Made by a program: the position numbers and the translations under genes. The notes beneath the pieces are model-generated. The model searched no databases. It was not told the DNA's origin and was given only the letters and a program-made list of their open reading frames with translations. A stretch of DNA of 21,627 nucleotides from Atribacterota bacterium. GTDB taxonomy: Bacteria; Atribacterota; Phoenicimicrobiia; Phoenicimicrobiales; Phoenicimicrobiaceae. Positions 17,119 to 21,627 of the stretch are shown one piece after another. The stretch is taken from contig JBBRDV010000018.1 in assembly GCA_038203565.1 (NCBI GenBank), positions 1 through 21,627 of the forward strand, in the 5' to 3' direction. Every line of letters begins with the position of its first letter. The first letter of the stretch is position 1.

Positions 17119-17257
17119 CTATGGAAAAAAACGAAAATAGGCAAATTAAGCTCAGATTTAATTCCTAAAATATCTATTAACTATATCTATATTATCTAAG
17201 TAGATAGGTTATTTTTAAGAAATTTGAAAGTTAAGAATGTAAGATTCGCTAACTAAC

Positions 17258-17303
17258 TTCGGTTACATTTGGATAAGATAATATTTTTCTAAATGTAACC
17301 GAA
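17258..17303 (-). terminator. 13-bp inverted repeat downstream of dctM
   Basis: TTCGGTTACATTT-N20-AAATGTAACCGAA; weak U tail. Confidence 0.55.
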
Positions 17304-17337
17304 TTGATCAACTCGCTTCTAAATGAAAGTTATTATC

Positions 17338-18684
17338 TCACATAAGGCTTGGTAAAAATGTAATAAATTGTGGGAAAATACTGAAAATAATCAGACTCAG
17401 GGCTATTATAATAATAAACGGAACAACTCCCTTTATAATATCCTCCATTGTAACACCAAGTTCTGGCGGAGCAGTCCCTTTACAAACAAAAATTGACATG
17501 GCCATGGGAGGTGTTTGAAATGCCATCTGCAAATTGATGCAAATCATCAAGCCAGCCCATAGTGGATCAAATCCTAAAGCTACTATAATGGGCGATACTA
17601 TTGGAACCATGATAAAGACAATGCCTATCCATTCGATAAACATCCCCAATATAAAAAGAATTACCATGATTACAAGGAAGGAAGCCCACTTCCCACCAGG
17701 AACACTCATAATTATATCAAATACAACGTTACCGCAACCCGCACTCATAAACACACCAACATAAGCATAACAAATTCCTGCGATCAGAAGCACTAATGCA
17801 CTCACTCTGAGTGTTTCCAATGCTGCCCGTTTAGCAATATCCCAAGTCATTTTCCGGTAGGCGATAGCTAAGAGTACTGCAGCCAAACTTCCCATGGCAG
17901 CCGCTTCAGTTGGGGGAGCTATCCCCAGGAATATAGTGCCCAAAACTGATAAAATGATTCCTAACGGAGGAAGTAAAGCTTTTAATAATCTTATCATTTT
18001 TGCTCCAAAAGGCAGCATCGACTTTTGGTCTTCTGAGACCGCCGGGCCCAATTTGGGATTCAAGTAACATCGAATTCCCACGTAAGTGCAATAGCAAGCT
18101 GATAGAAATAGCCCAGGCAGAAAAGCACCCATAAACATCTGTCCGATAGAAATACCGGCTTGTGGTGCATAGACAACCAGCATAATACTGGGAGGAATAA
18201 GTATTCCCAGCGTACCGGCGGCAACAACCGAACCTGAGGCTATAGATTTATCATATCCTCTGGTCACCATGGGTGCCAGTGCAATCATTGTCAACATGGA
18301 GACAGAAGCAGTAATTACCCCTAAACATGCCGCCAGGATCGTACCAAATATTATCGTAACAATAGCCAGTCCACCCCTGAATCCACTCATACTATCATAT
18401 AATACCGTATATAGTTCATCGATGATTCCGGTCATTTGCAAGATAACGCCCATAAAGGTAAAAAGAGGAACAGCCAGGAACGGATAACTAAGTGTCATGC
18501 TATACATCCGACTGTATAAAATATGGTAGGTTATATCTCCCCCAAATAAAAGAAAGCCCATAATGAGTGCAACACTGGCTATGACAAAAGCAATAGGAAA
18601 ACCGGTCATGACCAGGACAAGCACCCCGCCTAACATCAAAGCAGTAATGACTTTTTCACTTAATATTTCAATCAAGGTGTTCAC
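17338..18684 (-). CDS. dctM: TRAP transporter large permease
   Basis: GFPIAF, AVPLFTFMG, GTLGILIPPSIMLVVY, PTEAAAMG, LGMFIE, QTPP. Confidence 0.95.
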   Translation of the reverse strand: MNTLIEILSEKVITALMLGGVLVLVMTGFPIAFVIASVALIMGFLLFGGDITYHILYSRMYSMTLSYPFLAVPLFTFMGVILQMTGIIDELYTVLYDSMSGFRGGLAIVTIIFGTILAACLGVITASVSMLTMIALAPMVTRGYDKSIASGSVVAAGTLGILIPPSIMLVVYAPQAGISIGQMFMGAFLPGLFLSACYCTYVGIRCYLNPKLGPAVSEDQKSMLPFGAKMIRLLKALLPPLGIILSVLGTIFLGIAPPTEAAAMGSLAAVLLAIAYRKMTWDIAKRAALETLRVSALVLLIAGICYAYVGVFMSAGCGNVVFDIIMSVPGGKWASFLVIMVILFILGMFIEWIGIVFIMVPIVSPIIVALGFDPLWAGLMICINLQMAFQTPPMAMSIFVCKGTAPPELGVTMEDIIKGVVPFIIIIALSLIIFSIFPQFITFLPSLM

Positions 18685-19186
18685 CTCTTGTTACAAAATA
18701 TAGATCGCGGATAAACCTAGCTACACCTTGAAGAAGCAATAACAATGATCCAAGAGCAAATACCGTTCTGAAGGGAGCAGCGGGAGGATACCAATAGGTA
18801 GCGATCATTATCTCATCAATTCTCCATGCTTTCACTGCCCATTTGCTAGAAATCCATACCAGTACTATCATCAATGGAAAAAAGAATATTAGGGAGCTGA
18901 TTATATCCATTATCGCTTTATTCTTTTCGGAAAGGCGAGTGTAGAAAAGATCTACTCTTACATGGGAGTCAATCAAATAACAGTAGGACCATCCCATAAT
19001 ATAGACGGCTCCACCAGCCATACACAAGGTATCATATGCCCAAACGGTAGGCGCATTAAACCAATGTCTTAAAATCGTTTCATATGCGCCTACCAGGACA
19101 AGGAGCCAAGTAAGCCATCTAGCCGATAAACCAGCGTACTTACTCATCGTATCAATGCCTTTAAGGATTTTTCTTAAAAATATCAT
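18668..19186 (-). CDS. dctQ: TRAP transporter small permease
   Basis: Four hydrophobic segments; ETILRHWFNAPTVWAYD, HVRVDLFY. Confidence 0.93.
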   Translation of the reverse strand: MIFLRKILKGIDTMSKYAGLSARWLTWLLVLVGAYETILRHWFNAPTVWAYDTLCMAGGAVYIMGWSYCYLIDSHVRVDLFYTRLSEKNKAIMDIISSLIFFFPLMIVLVWISSKWAVKAWRIDEIMIATYWYPPAAPFRTVFALGSLLLLLQGVARFIRDLYFVTRGEHLD

Positions 19187-19244
19187 ACTTCTTAACTCCT
19201 TGTTATTCTCTAATCAAATAAACAAATTTACCAGCTAATGATTA

Positions 19245-20294
19245 CTATAATCCGGCCTTTTTCCCATAGGCATTCATGGAGTTCAAAATCTCACCAAATA
19301 TCGGGCTCTCTTTAGCGGCTTTTTCGGTATAAAATGCTACAGCTTCTTTTGAGAGGGCATCTGCTACTTCTTTGGGGAGATTGTATACCTCACATCCGGC
19401 ATCTCTGAAATTTTGTATGGCATCCATATCATTATGGCTTTCAAAATTTTGCTGTTCCTGGGCCCATCTTGCTAACACGTTCTGCACCAATACTTTCAGA
19501 TCATCAGGAAGCGCTTCCCAGGACTTTTTATTCACAAACCAGACATGGGGATCACTCGGTGCCCGGACAGGTGATATAATAACATATTTCGCAATTTCAT
19601 TAAAATGCATACTCCAATTGGTTGATAAGCCTGCATATTCAAAGGCATCAATGGTGCCTCTCTGCATTGCCTCGTATAATTCACCACCGGGTAAAAATAT
19701 AGGATTAGCACCCATCCTGGCCAGGATTTCGCCGCCATCACCGGAAGTACGTATTTTTAGACCCTTCAAGTCAGCCACCGTTTCTATCTTCTTTTTGGAA
19801 TGGAGGAATACTTCACCCGGCTCAGGAGATAAAAATCCAGGCAGCACCATGGCATTAGAACCCTCCATCATCTTGTTCATCAATTCCCATCCTCCGCCAT
19901 AATCAAACCACTGTGTTAAAATTTGTCCAGGCAGTCCACCTGGCCTGGAGCTGATTAAACCGGCTGACGACCATTTATCCAGGTTATACATGGGACAGGT
20001 ATAGCACAAATCTAAAACCCCATCAATAACAGCATCAAGTTCTTTTGTTTCCGGAACAACCGAACCACCGACAAATGCCTGGACTACCAATCGTCCGCCA
20101 CTTGCTTTGGTAATGTCTGCACAAGCTTTATCATGGTGAATCTGTGAATAATTGGTAGCTGGACCAAAACTCGAAGACTTCCATTTAATCGTTTCCTGTG
20201 CAGCAACAGAAAAAGATCCAACAATCAGTAAAACAACAATCAACATCGTAAAAAGCAAAAATCTTTGTGTTCTAAGTGATAACATTTTTTTCAT
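19245..20294 (-). CDS. dctP: TRAP transporter substrate-binding protein (DctP, TakP-like subgroup)
   Basis: Signal peptide; ASGGRL, DLKGLKIRTSG (conserved carboxylate-binding Arg), PGGELYEAMQRGTIDAFE, VNKKSWEALPDDLK. Confidence 0.93.
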   Translation of the reverse strand: MKKMLSLRTQRFLLFTMLIVVLLIVGSFSVAAQETIKWKSSSFGPATNYSQIHHDKACADITKASGGRLVVQAFVGGSVVPETKELDAVIDGVLDLCYTCPMYNLDKWSSAGLISSRPGGLPGQILTQWFDYGGGWELMNKMMEGSNAMVLPGFLSPEPGEVFLHSKKKIETVADLKGLKIRTSGDGGEILARMGANPIFLPGGELYEAMQRGTIDAFEYAGLSTNWSMHFNEIAKYVIISPVRAPSDPHVWFVNKKSWEALPDDLKVLVQNVLARWAQEQQNFESHNDMDAIQNFRDAGCEVYNLPKEVADALSKEAVAFYTEKAAKESPIFGEILNSMNAYGKKAGL

Positions 20295-20326
20295 TCTCCT
20301 CCTTACATTTTTAAAAATTTAATGGA

Positions 20327-20422
20327 CTGTGTAATTAAGAAATAATGAAAAATTACACAGCTTTTCTCTAACCCATAACCTGATTTATATGGGTTCAATA
20401 TTTACTATATAAATCACCTCCT
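20327..20422 (-). promoter_or_regulatory. Structured 5' leader of dctP with an extra Shine-Dalgarno and three inverted repeats
   Basis: AGGAGGTGA at 20422..20414; inverted repeats at 20381-20390/20407-20416, 20370-20377/20388-20395 and 20327-20336/20351-20360. Confidence 0.5.
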
Positions 20423-20491
20423 CTTTTTTTAATTTTCCAGTTCTATTTCACTGCTAAGTGTAGTAGAAAAAATAATATCAAAAATAAAATC

Positions 20492-20511
20492 ATTATATAT
20501 TGTATATACGA
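20492..20511 (-). promoter_or_regulatory. GntR/FadR-like operator candidate beside a -10 box
   Basis: TTGTATATACGA at 20500-20511 (near-palindrome); TATAAT on the minus strand at 20497..20492. Confidence 0.35.
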
Positions 20512-20582
20512 CCTAAGTTTTTTAAATCCTTCTTTTTGCAAAAATAATATCCAAATAATTTAATTCAAAAAAGTTATTAAGG

Positions 20583-20610
20583 AAAATGGGATGTGTTACT
20601 ATTTATTCAA
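20583..20610 (+). repeat. REP-like repeat copy left of hicBA
   Basis: AAAATGGGATGTGTTACTATTTATTCAA. Confidence 0.65.
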
Positions 20611-20745
20611 AATCTAAAAGTAGCTATCTATAAGGGTTACAGAGTTTCGATGAGGTTAATAAAAATGTCGTAATTACTAATTTTACGAAAATTAAAGCAG
20701 GTTTAGCTCCTTTAAAATAAAAAGAGAGAAATTCTTTTTAAGTGG

Positions 20746-20973
20746 TTATAACTTTCTCAAAAATTCTTCAACATCGACTTTAGCTTGTCTAAGTATTCCT
20801 CTTAAGGTGCCAATTGCTAATTCAGAATGTAAGGGTATAACGCAACCAATTTCTCCTTCTGAAGTTGTTCTTTTTAATATGATATGACTTCCTTTTTGTC
20901 GAATTTCTCTAAACCCAAATTTCTTTAATATGCTTACAGTCTCTTTACCAGACATCCTTTTTAGTTTAGACAT
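20746..20973 (-). CDS. hicA: HicA family toxin (type II TA)
   Basis: LKKFGF..RQKGSHIIL, VIPLHSELAIGTLRGILRQA; ATG 20973 overlaps the hicB stop. Confidence 0.93.
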   Translation of the reverse strand: MSKLKRMSGKETVSILKKFGFREIRQKGSHIILKRTTSEGEIGCVIPLHSELAIGTLRGILRQAKVDVEEFLRKL

Positions 20974-21175
20974 TAGTAACCTCAAAAGTAGTTAAGATTG
21001 AACGACTAATATTGGGTAAGGGAAATTCTTCAAGATATAGTTCGGTCGATTCTTTCAAATTAGCAATGGCTTCTTCAACTGTATGTCCCTGGCTAACAGT
21101 CCCTACTTCAGGACATTCTGCAACATAAAATTCTTCTTCTTTATGAAGAACTGCGGTAAAAGTGTGTTGGTCCAT
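20966..21175 (-). CDS. hicB: HicB family antitoxin, short form without a DNA-binding domain
   Basis: YVAECPEVGTVSQGHTVEEAIANLKESTELYLE; GAGGTG upstream. Confidence 0.93.
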   Translation of the reverse strand: MDQHTFTAVLHKEEEFYVAECPEVGTVSQGHTVEEAIANLKESTELYLEEFPLPNISRSILTTFEVTNV

Positions 21176-21392
21176 GTTTGCACCTCTTTGACTATCAATT
21201 TTTATAAATAAATATACTTTATCTTCATTTTCCCGGTAGTTTTTTTCTCTTAAAATTAAAAGCTAAATTTAAAATATCACCTATACTTTTACTCTTTCAC
21301 TAATACAACTGTAGTATGTTTTAACTATAAAGTCAATCTTGATGACTTTAATTTACCCCAGTAAACATTGCCAGATAAGGAGCATAAAGAGG

Positions 21393-21415
21393 GTCAGATA
21401 CTGTCTTGATCTGAC
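21393..21415. repeat. Short hairpin
   Basis: GTCAGAT-N9-ATCTGAC. Confidence 0.4.
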
Positions 21416-21460
21416 ACGCCTTCTATTTATCTAATTTATAAGTAAAACATCAATGATCTA

Positions 21461-21486
21461 AATAAATGGGATGTGTCCCTATTTTT
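21461..21486 (+). repeat. REP-like repeat copy right of hicBA
   Basis: AATAAATGGGATGTGTCCCTATTTTT. Confidence 0.68.
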
Positions 21487-21494
21487 AAGCTCCT

Positions 21495-21575
21495 TTTCGG
21501 GGACCGTAACTAACGCACTGGGCTCTTCCAACAGGGACTTTCACCCTGTAAGAAATATAGAGCTTCTTGGCGCTC
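21495..21575 (-). mobile_element. Probable 5' fragment of a group II intron (start of domain I)
   Basis: Minus strand GAGCGCCAAGAAG...TTTCTT-ACAGGGTGAAAGTCCCTGT...GTTAG: a GUGCG-like start, a first hairpin, then the GGGUGAAAGUCCC hairpin. No RT ORF or domain V follows. Confidence 0.6.
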
Positions 21576-21627
21576 TTCCGCTAAAGGTTAGTGAATTATT
21601 TATTAAAATAGGTGTCTGTTATTATAC

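Noticed and set aside
14966..19741. Short alternative-frame minus ORFs (14966..15154, 16050..16259, 17906..18097, 19532..19741)
   Set aside because: They overlap stronger genes in another frame and show no family features.
214..19902. Plus-strand ORFs in the track (e.g. 214..429, 2174..2383, 11527..11814, 15070..15333, 17534..17764, 19372..19902)
   Set aside because: Nearly all are antisense shadows of well-supported minus-strand genes, and none has a recognisable motif.
20467..20560. Repeated AAAAATAATATC.AAATAA upstream of dctP
   Set aside because: Low-complexity A/T sequence that cannot be distinguished from background.

Overview
AT-rich (roughly one-third GC, by eye) bacterial window with every credible gene on the minus strand. 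Gene style suggests an anaerobe such as Atribacterota/JS1, but this is inference only. Blocks from low to high coordinate: (1) An IclR regulator with a palindromic operator. (2) A selenium-dependent molybdenum-hydroxylase maturation cluster (yqeC-mocA-yqeB-xdhC-modE), followed by an operon of a MoeA/CinA-like molybdopterin-binding protein, DUF364 and a NitT/TauT-type ABC transporter with a TOBE-tailed ATPase; two ModE-type boxes are visible. (3) An orphan AbiEi antitoxin and an approx. 0.8 kb patch of mobile debris (nested palindromic repeat, Y1/RAYT-like transposase tail, REP-like repeats, frameshifted ORF). (4) A sugar-acid catabolic region: FGGY kinase, class II aldolase, 2-hydroxyacid dehydrogenase, LarA-superfamily protein, a chimeric DUF1537-kinase/PdxA2 remnant and a TRAP transporter. 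(5) A hicBA pair between REP-like repeats and a probable group II intron 5' fragment. Several apparently intergenic gaps hold truncated but still readable gene fragments, so the region is heavily scarred by deletions (or mis-assembled). No rRNA, tRNA or CRISPR array was seen. All family calls come from motif recognition; no database search was run.
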